Source: Vermamoeba vermiformis
Taxonomy: Eukaryota
Direction: 5' to 3'
DNA: 64,000 bases
Assembly: GCA_045837725.1 (NCBI GenBank)
Contig: JBEWZL010000260.1
Coordinates: 248,001-312,000, forward strand
The stretch's first letter is position 1. The number at the start of each line of letters is the position of its first letter. The translations under genes and the position numbers were made by a program. Of this stretch, positions 1 through 13,772 are shown piece after piece. The notes beneath the pieces are model-generated. The model ran no database searches. It saw only the letters and a list, made by a program, of their open reading frames with translations, and was not told where the DNA came from.

Positions 1-69
1 CGGTGTCAATTCTATTAAATACTTAATACATTTAAAAGAATAACAATGCTTGGGTTGCAAAGTGTACAT

Positions 70-3000
70 TTATTTTTTCGGCCGTGCCTTCGCTCTTTCT
101 AATTCTTCTTTTATAAAATTTATCACTCGGGCATATCGCTCGTCTTCAGGCGATGCAGGTTTACATACATTACTATAAAAATAAATATTAGAACTCATAA
201 GGAAGTTGGATGGATCTTCGTTTGTTTTCAGATCTTACCGATGGTTCTGGTCGAGCATAAAGAACTTATGATTTTCACCTAAGAATTTTGGATTGGCTGA
301 ATCTTCATCTACAATCTAAGTCAAGTGATTAGACCAAAACAATAGCCAGATCTTGAACTAGATCTTGTCGTACCTGGTAACACGTGACTGTATGAGTTAT
401 TGGCGCACCGAAGCATGTGATCGTCTCTCCGAAGCTATTATAACAAAGTATTAATATTATTAAGGGTTAAAATAACTACTAGGCGTAATAATTATTACCT
501 CAAAGTTGACACGTGAGGAGCTATCTTTGGGAATGCTTCATTGAGTTCCTTTAATCGATTATTTTCGGGACTTAATTCTACCATGGCGGCAGTGCCTCTG
601 TTAATGTGAAGTATATGTTAGACACTTATAAGTATGAGCAGATCAGCTTCGATAAGTACCTGAAGATGACGTCCAAGTAACCTTTGTCGTAGTACGTCAA
701 TTTGCTTCCCATATGCGGTGTAGAATAAAATACTACAGCGACGGTATTATCCAAAATATTTTTATATTGCTATATTAAATATGTATTAGTACTTGTGATT
801 AAGGTTCGAAACTGCAGATCGAGATCGAGATCTACTTACCGGTTCGTTATGTGCAAATAACAACAGTTGTTTAATAACGAGGCCTCCAAAAGAATGACAG
901 ACAAATACTACCGGTCTTTTGTTTCCGACAGCAGCGAGTTTTAATTTCTCTAAAACAGCGCGTGCTTGTTCAGGGATCGGCAGTGCCGTTCCCGTCCAAT
1001 GTGACAAAAAGATCTACATGTGTTGTTAGATAATATAATATGGCTTATTATCATTGCTATCAATCTTACATCGTAACCAACGGACAGAACACGAGAGTTA
1101 GGCAGATCTTTCGGCAACCAATCTCTCGGCCATGAAACATTGCTGTTCTCTTCTGAACCTCGCCAAGTACTCACAGGATGTCCAGTAATACCATGAATAA
1201 ATCTGCATTTATGAATAAACGGGTCAATATGGATCCGGTGCCTAAAAAGGTAAAATATTTGGATCGAGCTTACACAAAGTCAACTTCAGGCTCGAAGTTC
1301 TTTCGTTCTAACTGTGACGGATCAGGATATAGCAAGTAAATGCCTTCAGCATATTTAGGGCCTTTGAGCTGTACGTCTGCAAGTGTTGCTTGTGTTCGAA
1401 TCGCTTCAGATCTGACCGTCGGATCTTTCGACAATAAACCTTCTCTCAATATGACCTTTAACTCTGACTTGTCTTTTAATGCTTTAGGCTCTACATTGCA
1501 ACATCAATGTTAGTACTTTAACCTTAGTATTAGCCTATCTATAATCTTACCATTGACGGCAAGGTTAGCTATGGCACGCATCATGTACCGTTTTGTTTCA
1601 AGCGTTTGACTCTTGTTAAGCATTACAACTGAATAGAATGTCAATAAATTGTTAGTTTTGAATGCAAATGCTGCTTTACCTGTTTGCCAAAGTTCACTGT
1701 CTTGCGATACAACCCTTTTTGAAATTGCAGCTGTGCGGATAGGGATTAATATTTAAAAAATCCTTATTAATCATAATGAATGAATAAATCATACCGTTTC
1801 TAAATACATTTGAACAGATTCTTGCCACTTGAACTTCAAATTTGGGATCGGTAAAAGTAGAAAGAGTGTTTCTGCTGACAATATCATGATCAGCTACATC
1901 CTCATCTTCTTCAATTAACCGCAGTATATCATTGGCCCCTTTTTGTGCAGGTTGCGTTGCATTTTTCGGCTGCGTTCTGAATTGCTTGATCAGCTGAAAC
2001 AAACTGTCGTTGTTCTGCAGCTTGCTCGATATTTTTTCTAGGAAGAAAATGGTAACATTAAATCATATACTAGAATTCATAAATTGTTGACGGAGTAAAC
2101 TAAGGTTTGTAACGAAATTGATTGAGATCAAAGATCCGTTTTCCTAAAAAGGAAATCGGTTTTGGTTGAATAGTCTTACCACTTGTAGTTATATTTCCAA
2201 GAGCCACTAACGCGGATAATCTTAGCCTCGTATTGTTCTCAATATTGGTGCAGTAAAACAAGTAGTCGATCCATTCTCTTCGTCCAACCAGTGCTTTGAA
2301 CCCTTCACCGACTGAAATATTCGCCAATGCGCGCACAACTTGCTCGTTAATTTCATTGCTCTTAAATTGGCACAGTAATCTAATGTTAGATAAAATTTCA
2401 AGGGACTGTTCGCCAATTGCCGGATCCAAGTTATCATCGAGGGCTATATTTGCGATAGTCCTAGTTATCGCTATTTTGATGCCTATATTCGGCATAGAAT
2501 TCAATGCTCGCAGCAGATCCAACATTTGACCTTGCGCCAATTCAAACTGCGATAAAGTTTTGAGTCCTAATGAATGAATATTAGCGAATACTGTGCGTAT
2601 TTGATGAACGATATTACCTTTTTTAGAAGTACTCGCAATCGATCGTGCAATTGTCTTGGCAAATTCAGTGTCTTGCGTGGATAACAAGTGTCGCAAAGCA
2701 GGTATTTGAGCTTGTTGCAGAACTTCCTCGCTCAATCGATCTAAGTATATTTAGACTATAGTAACATATTATTATCATTTGCGAGGTCGTACCTCGTGAA
2801 GCTAATCGCGTTACTGTCTTTGCAATTTGTTGCAGGATCTGCTGATCGCTGACATTTAGAGCCACAACGCATAATTGGCGTATTACACCACTACTTAATA
2901 TCTCACTACTAATCTCCTCTAAATTTTAACAGAATTAGGCTCGGAGAATTAAATTTTCGGATTAATTTTTTCCGTACCGTGCGCTGCGAGATTTAACAGA

Positions 3001-3787
3001 GCTTCAGAAATATTAGCAATCGTTTTAATATCACGACTGCGTTTTAGACTAATAGTAAAGGCTTCTAAAGCACCTTTATTCACCATAATAATCGCTGACT
3101 CGTCTACAAATGAAAAAGTTAGTGGATGTCACTTTGTGCTTTTTGAATTTTCTTGTGAGTTCAAATTGATATTAATAATATTGCTTATTATCATATACGT
3201 ACATTTCTTTGCTAAGTATGCGAGCGAAGACGATGCTAATCGTGTTGAATAGCCATCTTTAGCGTGGCTCAAAGTGTCGATTGACTTGGGCAAAAATTGA
3301 TAATGAACATTACGCCGTAGTTTCGTGTCTATTAGTTAATATGAGATATTTAAGTAATATTGCGTATTTTAAATTAATTTTACCTGCTAAACTTAAGTAC
3401 GTAGTTGTTGAAACGACACCTACTGCGGTAGTGGCAAACAAATATTTTTTCCAATTCGCTAATATTAAATAAAGACGATATTAATTATGATACTCCTATA
3501 ATGAGTTGTAATACAGGTGATTCAATTTAGGATATTTTAAAATAAAGGAAAAGGGTTTCCGAAAAATTCAAAAAATTCGAAACAATAAATGTAGTGGACT
3601 TACATCGCAAATGAGCAAAAATTACAGTCGACCGTTTAGATTGAGGTGCACTGGTGCATAAATATTTATTTCCTTGCTTTGTGACTTTGAGATCTAATTT
3701 TTCTGTGGCTCTACGAAGGGACGTAGTGTTTGTATTCTTTATATGAATATGACTCCGAATATGGCGTATAGTATTTAAAATATTCAT
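70..3787 (-). CDS. SERAC1-like protein: ARM-like repeats plus C-terminal PGAP1-like alpha/beta hydrolase, multi-exon
   Basis: Spliced exons give FIHGITG, WPRDWLPKDLPNSRVLSVGYD, the nucleophile elbow VFVCHSFGGLVIKQ, FYSTPHMGS and DHSNVCKP before TAA at 70-72. The middle exons carry ARM-like ALANI repeats. The N-terminus MNILNTIRHIRSH is basic and is followed by a hydrophobic segment. Confidence 0.8.
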
Positions 3788-4372
3788 TCCATAATCGGTG
3801 GTGAAGTGTTGCACGGGTAAAGTCTGATCGAAAAAACGGCCACGTTAGGTAGTCGAGTGTAGTCATGGATCTCGCAAATTCTACGGGCAATACCATATCA
3901 AAACACAAACTTTCCGTAGAGGCCCTATGGCGCACTTTGGCGCTGTGCAGATCCCCGCGGATCAGATTTTGCGGGTCGCTTTTTCGCGGTTGAAGTGCAG
4001 GCTGTATGCGTTTGGTGGCGAAATCTCGTTCAAGCTTATTGTTCGACCACATGCAGGCAATTGTATCATCTGTAACAACACTGCGTTTGTTTTATCCAGA
4101 TCGAAGCTCAAATCGTTGGAAAGCGGAGGCAGAAGAATAAACATTAGAATACACAGTGCACGGCAAGGAGCCACGATTTGCCACTAGAGACCGATGCCCT
4201 TCCATTTTTGGATAAAGACTATTACGCCATTGGTCAGCATTATTTTTAGAGCGGCCAATAGAATCAATAGCGCACGTCCCCTAAACGGCCACATTTATTA
4301 AATTAAATTACGATAAGAACCACAAATGTTATATATCAATATTTAATATTGGAAGCATATTGTTGACAACAT

Positions 4373-7300
4373 ATGGAGCGGCCAGGTCTAACTGCGAACG
4401 TTCGAGACTCGATAGAAGATGAGATTGCAACCTCCCGTTCCGCAGATCTGTTTCAGATTTTTACAAAGCAACGGTTCATATTGAAGAAAGAACGAGAATA
4501 TTTGAAGGCTATACAGCGGGTTGTATCATCGAAGAAGACGCTCGCGAGAGTTGATACAATTACAGATTTCAATCCGCTAACAAATACCTACTTCACGAGC
4601 CAAGGACCGCCGCCACCGGTGGAAAAAACACCCCAAAAAAGGAAACTAAACAGAGCAGCATCTGTTGCCGTCGGTGATGTAGCCGCATTCAGAAAATTAG
4701 AAGAGAAGCAAAAAGATCGAAATCCAAAACCGCGCTTATCGAAGAGGCTCGAAAGAACTCAATCGGAACCGTTCATTCATTCGTGGGAATTTAACAACAT
4801 TGATATCACGAATGAACTCGTTCTTCCCAAGCATGTTTTCAACGGGACAATGCAAGTTTACCTAGCTCAGAGATGGCGCGAAAAACGACTTCGATTAAGC
4901 TTTAGCGCTGCCTCGTTGAAAGAACATATGGCACAGTTTGATATACACGAGAGACCTCAACAGGAAGACGAAGTTCCTTCGGATGTCAGGTAACGACGAT
5001 CGAACCAAAACCGAATTTATTCAGATTGGCGTAATAAATATTAATATAATATTTAGGGATTTATTAAAAGAAGACCAAAAGAATCGTCAAGTCAAAATTA
5101 TGTTCGAAATTAACAAAGAAGGAAAACAAGTTGTGGCCGCTGGAAGCGCATCCGATTTACTTTCCTCGCTTATCGATAAAGAATATATAGGTAAGTAAAT
5201 CTTTCATCGTATATGTGACTCGTATTTTTAAGATTAATTATCCCGCAGACGCAAACTTTATCGAATTGTTCTTGTTCTCGCACGACTACTGGATCTCAAG
5301 TGCCGAACTGATGAAGGCTTTGACGAATTAGTAAGTAAATTCTAGTTATAAGTGCTATATAAAGCTTATAGACTAACTTAGATTAGTTACCGCAAACCAA
5401 TTAAAGATTCTGCCGATCCGAAGGCAAAGCATAACGAAGTAATTGCATTTGTGATTAAAAAGCGGTAAGTGATTTTTTTACGCTAAAAATACAGCAAAAT
5501 TCCCTATTTCTTGTTTTATTGTAAGCTTGCTGTCTTTGTTTCGGATGCAGATCTGACTTTTTTGTACAGAATAGTTTTATTGCTGCAATTATGGCTAGAA
5601 GACCATATTTATGAGATTAAGGATCCTGATACTGTTCAACCGCTGAATCAGTTTATTAAAGAGCTCGAACAATCCAAAAATGAAGCCGAAAAGAAATGGA
5701 GCGAAATGTTAATGAAGAGTTGGACTCATTCCATGAAAAAGGTGCGTAGTATAAGCACATATTTTATCAATAATATTAATGAATTTCATTAGGCGCACGA
5801 GTTTTCGATTTACTGTCGTCCGACAGCGGATTTGGCCGAAGAAAAGAAAAAATTGTACAAGAAAAACCCAGCGAAGCTATCGTTCTTAGATATCAATCCT
5901 TCGGAGCTAGCAAAGCAGATGACATTATTTGACTATCATCTGATTGGTCGTATTGCTCCCAACGAATTTTTCAATTGCAACAGAAAAAGCGGTAGATCTC
6001 CGAACGTGGCGGCATTAACCGAACGAAATCACCGAGTACGTAATATAATTATATATAATACTATACTAATAATAATATATTATATTCAGGTTACAATGTG
6101 GGTCGCTACAGAAATTTTGTCAACTGCTAACGATAAACAACGTGCAGTTGTGATTGGAAATTTCATTCAATTAATGCTCGTAAGTTTAATACATGATATT
6201 TTATTATCGGATAATGGTGGCTAATGTCGATTAATGCAGAATTTGATGGAGTTGAGGAACTATCAAAGTTTCATTAACATTTATTTCGGCTTGAAACGAC
6301 CGCAAGTGACACGATTGAAAAAGACATGGAGCGTAAGAACAATATGAAATTATATCAATATATAACTCGGTCTTATATTAATATTTTGTTTTTAAGTTAC
6401 TGAGCAATAAGTTGAAGCAACGTTGGGAAGAATTCGATTCAGTGATCACGCTGCAAGGATTGATTGAGTTTTTCGATAGGACGTTGTCGGAGCCACTTCC
6501 GAAAGTTTTGCCGTCTCGTAAGAACATTTTTAAACTTGCGGAATAATAACTAATGACGCTAACCCGAAACAGAATTGTTTTTGCGCTACATTGCCATTCA
6601 AGAACAAGAGCCAGAATTCTACGAAAAAGACAACACGTTATTGAACTTCATTAAACTGCGAGGACTGGGTTTGATCGTGAAACACATCCGGCACAGTCAG
6701 GTCGGACTTTTTCCGATTGAAGAAGTGGATTATTTGCAGGCCTATTTAAGGAACCATATGCAGTATTTGGGAGAGGAGCCGTTAACGAAATTATCGCACG
6801 GTGTAAGGATTTAATTCAATTATGACTCTTCAATATCAGATACGCTAAATTTGGTAATTTTTTTCAGATTGAACGAAAGCAAGTTCGTCACCGAAAATCA
6901 GTGTTAGTTGTGCCCGAGAGCAACGGAGTTAATATTTTGGATCAATCATTGAACCAGCACGTGACGAATCTGATCAATACTGTCGTGTTGACACCACGTG
7001 ACACGCTCGTGCAACAAATTCACAACGAGATGTTGACCAAGTGGGACAGACCTTACACTAAGTGTTCCATTGCCGCGGACTTGCCGAGATTGGTCACAAA
7101 GGCAAGTACAATGCAAATTCATGACATATATGAATACGAATACTAATGTATTGGTTGAAATATAGATTCAAATAGTCGATGAACAAGGACAAATTATGAT
7201 CATTAGAAATTTCTTTCAGGGCAAATCACTCAAAAAGAACGCTACGAGACCACAGCCACAGTCCGTCAAAGAATATATCAACATTGTTTTATCGATCTGC

Positions 7301-8369
7301 GCATAGTACGTACTTTTGGAAAAGTCATTTCCTTATTTGGAAAAGTCACGTGTCATACTAATTTATCAATAATGCAGTAAGATGAATTTGGTCAAAGAAG
7401 CAGCAGCGATTAAAGTTCGTTTCGAGGAATATTTTAACCCTCCTAAATGGCAAGCGAGTGCGGCACCCAAACAATTGAGTAGCAGTGCTGAAGTCAAAAA
7501 GACTGTGCCGACATTAGGCACGAGCCCTGGTCGATCAGGACTGATGATTCCACGCTCAGGCAGCAGTCCGGAGCTTGAATCACCGCGGCTGTCGAGTTCA
7601 CCAATTACTTCTACGGACACTTATTCTCCGCCGCCAGTGTCACCGCGCAAACGAATTTCAATTGGCCGCGCACCGCAGTCAGTGAACAGCCCTTCGATTG
7701 AAGTTACTGGCCATTCTCCGCGCAGTACTTCGTTAGTGAGTCTCAACAAAGATCCAGAAGAACAAGATCTGAACAAGGTACGAATATTTAAATTCTTATA
7801 TTTATTATTCTTCGCAGCAATTATTTATTTTTACTTGTACTCGCTATTTATTTATGAATAGATGATTTTAAATGTAACTTTAATTTAATATTTATTTTTA
7901 GACTTTGGATCGGTTCATCAAGGAAGTACTCGGCGAAGAAAATCCCTTAGTAAGGCTGCTTAAATCAGCTGCTTCACAAGGAGTCTTATCGCCAGCATGG
8001 GTGAGGCTGAAATTGTTCTTATTGGTCGATTTTCCGTTCAAAGACGTGAAAGACAAGGGCTGGATTATCGTCATTGAATTTAGCGCCAATGAAATTCGCG
8101 TAATTCACAAAAAGAAAGAGCGAAGTGCGGATGAGACTGAAGAAGGCACGCCTGACTTTGAATTCTGTTGGGAACTCACGCTAGTGTTTCCTTTGACTAT
8201 GGATCGGTTAATCCGTACGCAGTTCGTCATATCGAGCTATAATGTTGCGGATTCGATGCCTAAAGCGCAACAAGCGGATTTCAAAACTATTATGGATCAG
8301 TACAAAGGACAAGGTTATAAGCGTAATAAGAAGAAAAAGAAGGTCAAGCACGTTAGTATGAACATGTAA
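4373..8369 (+). CDS. Ras guanine nucleotide exchange factor (REM + CDC25 domain) with a Dictyostelium GflB-like C-terminal domain
   Basis: REM-like VVAAGSASDLLSSLID; CDC25 motifs LDINPSELAKQMTLFD, WVATEIL, NYQSFINIYFGLKRPQVTRLKKTW and LLNFIKLR; Ser/Pro-rich linker; C-terminal FPFKDV..W.I.I...IRVIHKKKE...FEFCWELTL domain. Confidence 0.85.
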
Positions 8370-8518
8370 ATAGAAAATAAGTATCGTAAGTACCAGCAAA
8401 ATGAATCGTTATTTCCTTTTATGGAAAATGATGTTCGAATGAATTTTCTAACGTTACATTTTCATTGCATAGGTTGTAAAATAAATAGGAAAAGTTTATC
8501 ATAAAGAAGGTAACTATA

Positions 8519-10672
8519 TTATAACTGTACATTTGTTGTATCGTCGCCAGCAGCAGTTGTCGGTTTGTCCGAAGAATTCGTTGGTGAACGAGAAGTCGTC
8601 ACTTGTTGCGGCATATCAAACAAGAATATTCTCGCGAACGAGTCGAATAACATGGCTGACGCTAAGAAGAAGCAAGTGATTAAATAAGCTTTTGGTTCTT
8701 TGTCTTCGATCGCGAAAGCAATTGCTGTTATAATGAGGCAAAAGCGTGCAACGGCGTTGAGAATCATCTTTGAATTAACCTAATGAAAAAGCAACACGTA
8801 AGTACATAAATTTTATTGCTAGATTCGGTTCACATTTAAATTTAATTTTCAATCGCAATTTCGATTTTGATTAAATTTCTGTCCGAAGATCTTTCTTATG
8901 GATAATAAACTAATTTTAATAATGCTTATAGAAAGGTATTATATTCAAGGGGTACTTACTCGACTTAATCGTTTTACTCGTTTGAGTTTTTGCGCTGCTT
9001 TCATTCTTGAGGCGATCCGAGCAGCGGTAACAATGTAAAATATCAAAAATCCCGTTGATATGACTAAGTATATAACCGTAATAGGTGTAGTAGCTCCAAA
9101 GTCCAAATAATAGCCAGTTATAATTACAATGATGTCTGCGGCTATTAACGTCAGCGTAATGACGAAAAACGGAATTTTCAACCGCGATAAGAACGGATGA
9201 ATTTTAATCGACGAGTCCGTAATGATTTCATGCCTATTTAAAGTAAGTATTATTATTAGTATTACAATCTAACTACGAAATTAATAACTAATAATAGCAA
9301 AAACGAATTTTACTAAAAAAGGAAAAATTTTGGTTGGAGTTCTATACTACGTACCAATAGAAGGTTACTAATACGAAAGTAGCAGTACCAAAGGGCAATG
9401 CAGCAGCATTGACCCAAAGACTGAACGCGGTTGGAAGTTGTTGAAAACAGCCAAGCGGATCTATCAACAACGAGAAGATTCTCCCTATGAAATTATAGTA
9501 AGCATTAGTATACTAAACAAACCCTTATTATTGGTTAATAATAATTAAATGACGGCGTTTAGAAACGGAATTTCGGCATGTCGCGATCTGGACGCATCCG
9601 TGTCTTACAAATATTAGCAATGAACTCCAATGCAAGACAGACTTGCGGCACGTTAAAGTGCGAGCCTTGAGCTTTGATGTACATGATCAGCTTGTACAGA
9701 CTGTAGCCGAGTAAGCCGAGAATTGTCGCCCCAAAAACGACTCGTGACACGATAATTGCTGCCAAGTGGTAAATAATCACGCTCCATCTATTGCCTGCAA
9801 ATAAAAGATACGTTAATTAATATACCTATTCAATCGTACTTAAACTTTGAAATCACAAATAATCAGATCCGGATTCCATTTCGCCTCGTGACCGCGCGGC
9901 AATTTTTATACGTGATTTTGTTTGAAAAGCGATCATATTGTACTTTGTATTATAGTGCATTACCTTCGGAAGTAAGAGTGATAAAAATATCAGATCCGCT
10001 GTTGACTTCATCGATGACCGGTGTAAACGCTTTGATGTTCACGGATGCGACTTCAATTTGAATGTCTGAAGCGTCTTGACCACTATAAATACAAAACTCG
10101 CGACCAGGTATTTCTAATAATGCCTATAATTAGCTGTTGTAGCTGTGAAATTTATGTCCGGTCCCGTCGACCGAAATGTGACACGTATCATTTAAAGATT
10201 TCGAATTAAATCGAATTAAATCAGTGAATTTTGAAATTAAAATCCAATCATTAATTAATAATATTAACGTACCATCATTAGTTACATGAATGACGGCTAT
10301 AGCGCCGAGATCTCGAAGTGCGATAATTTTAAACCAAAAATCTCGCTTCGGCAAGTCGATTATGAACGCAATATTGCCAGCTATATCTACCGCGGTATCA
10401 TTCACTAATTTTCCTGATATTGGTGCAAACAGGGAGTTCCAATTATCGCCTACGAAATCCAGATCAAAGTTAGAAATCCCGTAGATTTTCTTATTAGTGT
10501 CAGAATATGGTTATTAAATCTTATTCTTACCTTTTCTATATATTTGCGCTGATTCGATTGCAGTTCCGTTTAGCGGACCGGATTCGATCAGGACAAAAGC
10601 TCTCGAGGAACAGACGACCACCAATAAAAGTACGAGGACCAAGTAGATAGACCTACTCGTCATTAAGGTCAT
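8519..10672 (-). CDS. Signal peptide + PA (protease-associated)-like domain + 7TM protein, paralog 1
   Basis: Hydrophobic leader MTLMTSRSIYLVLVLLLVVVC; PA-like GNIAFIIDLPKRDFWFKIIALRDLGAIAVI; seven hydrophobic helices; clear similarity and shared intron positions with three copies at 22-31 kb. Confidence 0.75.
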
Positions 10673-10798
10673 TATATTTTAACTTTAAGTTGTATGTGTT
10701 GTCGTTTCAAGAGCGAAGATGAAAATAACGAAATCTGTTCAATTCAGCAAAGTAATCGCGAAGCGTAAAAATACACGTTTAATACCTGTGAAGAAGTA

Positions 10799-13772
10799 CT
10801 AGAAATTCTCACACTCGCAATTTGGTTCGTCCTTAGTGATTATTCTCCGTGATTTTTCATCTTCTGGAGTAAGTATTGTGCTCGCAAAGCACTTCTTGGT
10901 GAGCAAAAGCTGTGTTAAGGCCATTTTTGTTTTGGTTTTAGGCGCAGCTGGTTTAGTTGGCTTCATGCTTTGCAGTGCAGCCAATGGACTTTGTTTGTTA
11001 AATAGTTCAGGCGTCAGCAACATGATTGGTTGCTGAGGATGAGCCAAATTATGTGCAGTAACTGCCTTACATACTGACTTGCTGAACTGCCATCCTGATA
11101 AAATCTTACTTGATTGAGTTTTCTGCTCATGGCTTATAATTAACTTACTCGTATCCAGTAATGAGGCTGGTTGATTTCATTTGCAGCACTTCTGCATCTG
11201 CTCAAGAGTTCTGTGGTGCCTGAAAAGAAGTTGTTTGGGTCAAGGGACTCCAAAGCTACTTTTGCAGTCTTTGGGTCCACAACTGCCTCGCTGAAATTGG
11301 TTTGAATGCAAACAATGGCTGTGATTGAAGTTGTGCTTTTAAGGCCTGTAAGGAAGGTCTGCTCATCTTTCAGGACCCTTTTTGAGACAATAGTAAATCC
11401 TTGTTGGAATGAGGTTGTTGGTCTAAGAATAAATAATTAGTTACAATGCCTGCAGTAAGACATAACGTACTGTTGCAGCTTGTTGAAGTATTCCCTAAAG
11501 GAAAGCAGGCGACAATCACTGATCATGAATTTCTGGAGAACTTCATTATTTAAGACACTTTTGTCACCACCCAAAGCTAATTCATTAAGTGATTTTCCCT
11601 TGTGTTGCTTTAAAAGAGCAAATGCAAGCAATTCTCCAAATTGACCAGCTGCAAAGCGTTTGTTTTGGGAAGGTGCAAAGTAGAGTAACAGCTAAATCAA
11701 AGATAAGTACACCAGATAATACATATTTGTTGGTATTTACCTCCTCAAAGTCGATCATACTCTCCAGCCTGCTACTAATAAATTCATCTGTGAGTGGAAC
11801 TAAAATGTTCTGCTGTGGATCATTTTCTAGGTTTCTCATTAATCCTTCAGCTCCTACTGGCAGAGGTATCAAGCCAGTCTCAAGTAGTAGCTGCAAATCC
11901 TGGTGAGTTGCTGCAATTGTTGTGTGACCAACTGCAATTCTAGCCAAGAATTCATTTTGCCACTGCTGAGGTTAGCAATGGAGCTTGATCAAGTGTTTGC
12001 ACTTACCTCTATATTGCCAGCATCCATCATTCGTTCAACATATTCATTTGCCAGGGCTTGCACTTGGAGCTTTTGTTTATCAATGGCTTTGTCCATCACA
12101 GACTCCAGGGCCAGATTTCTGTTTTGACAAAGTTCCACTGAAAGCTGGACCAGAATTACTAACAGAAAGAACAAAGTAACCACTTACAGTTTGCCAAAAT
12201 CCCCATAAGTATGCTGGACGTACAGCAAAGGGCCTGAGTTCTTCAACTTTTTGCACAAACTCAGGAGTAGGTGCAAAGGTGCTTGTTAATTCAGAGGTAA
12301 ATCTTTTCCATCGTTCATTAGGCTCTTCTGTCCAGTAAAATTTGACTATTTTAAGGCGTCCACGAGGTGGTACACCCCTTTTAGGCAGGTCAAGTTGCCT
12401 TGTGGCAAAATGAGTTGCCAGTACAACTTGCTGAAAAAATGTTAGAACAAGAAAATCACCCATTCACTAACTTACTGGTAGGCTAGCTGCTTTTACAAAT
12501 TCTTCCATGGCAACTCTCATCAAGTACAAGAGTGAGGTGTTTTGATGGTAAGATTGACTGTCTGTCAAGTGCGAAGTATTTGCAGATGGATTTTTGGTGC
12601 CTAGTTTCCTTTCCAGTGCAAGTTGTTTATATGAAGCCTACATATAAGATTAGACCAAAGCAGCTGATAATAAAGTGTACCATTGTTTCCCAAGGGTGGT
12701 GCAGAAATTGTCCTTCCTCAGTGTAAAACTGTAAAACTTCATCATAAAGAACTGCTTTCAATCCAATTTCTTTTGCATAGCTGTTCATCAGATTGCTAAA
12801 TGCTAAGAATGCCGTTGTATCATGCGCATACAGTGCCAAGTTGTCTTTGTACATTTCAAGAATATATAGTTTTGGGCCAGCAGCAAGAATTGTACGTAAA
12901 AATGCTTCATTAAGGTTTTCTTCCTTAAAGTGAGACGCTTGTAAAAGGAAGAGTAAGGTTCATGAGAAGTATTTTCGTATGTCCTACCATATTTGTCAAA
13001 GAACAGTTTCGCAAATTGAATGAATGTCATTGGGATTAGTGCAGTTGCTTGGTAAGCTGTTCGTGAAAAAGTGATTTCGCTCGTTTGGTCGGCAACTTCG
13101 CCTCGTGGAATTTTCAGATCCTTGCGAAGGCAGTCTATAAAAGCCAACAATTGCGACAAGAACTGTTCGTGCTCTAAGAAGCGCAGCAAAATTGCACGGT
13201 TCTGCAAGCAGTACTGATAAGCTAGATGTGATTTGCCGTAGCCACTTGCTAAAAGCTCGTTAGCGTTTGGAGGATCCAACAATAACGTATTATTGTACCT
13301 TGTATTATTGTAACCAACTTTCGATTTTGCGCATCACCGATTGCGCTAGATGCAATGACATTTTGCAGTTCTCGCAGTACTTGCTGCATTTTCGGGGCGT
13401 CAGATCCAGGTTCATTAGATCTGAAATCGTTGAAGTAAAAGGACGCCCAAACCGAGCCTCCCCCTGTTTCTAAGGATTTTGGAGCTATTAATTTCGGCGA
13501 AAATAAAGCCTTTTGCACTTCTAAATTGCTGGATAAGTCAATTGCTTTTTTGATGGCCTGCAGATGCAAATCCAAATCCAGATTTAACTTCGGAATTTGA
13601 GACCTCTCGGTGCGGGCTTAAATATCAATACAATTAATACGGAATTAAATAATTTTCGCAGCTTACTTGTTTTTTTTCTCGTAGGCAGTACTGGGTACAG
13701 ATGCGCTCTTGAGGTAACACGAGACGAACGAGAGTACATCCGACTTGCAAGCCTTACAATTTGCTTGAACAT
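10799..13772 (-). CDS. Crinkler-like P-loop NTPase + restriction-endonuclease-fold protein, about 10 exons
   Basis: Splicing across short introns restores Walker A LVTIIQGASGYGKS, Walker B AVLYDE and an RP motif (FAVRPAYLW). The C-terminal part reads AAGQFGELLAFALL ... IVCIQTNF ... ALESLDPNNFF ... WIRILSGW, reminiscent of CR-REase domains. The 5' exon and start are less certain. Confidence 0.6.

Noticed and set aside
3711-4187. Overlapping short ORFs and TTTGGCGC (E2F-like) sites in the divergent intergenic region
   Set aside because: The ORFs have no recognisable motifs, and the short sites are expected by chance.
11340-11422. Alternative frame RIYYCLKKGPER*ADL that would resemble a REase catalytic-Asp strand, implying a pseudogene
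   Set aside because: It needs a weaker splice donor plus a stop and a frameshift, while the canonical GTACGT donor gives an open frame. This cannot be resolved without homologs.
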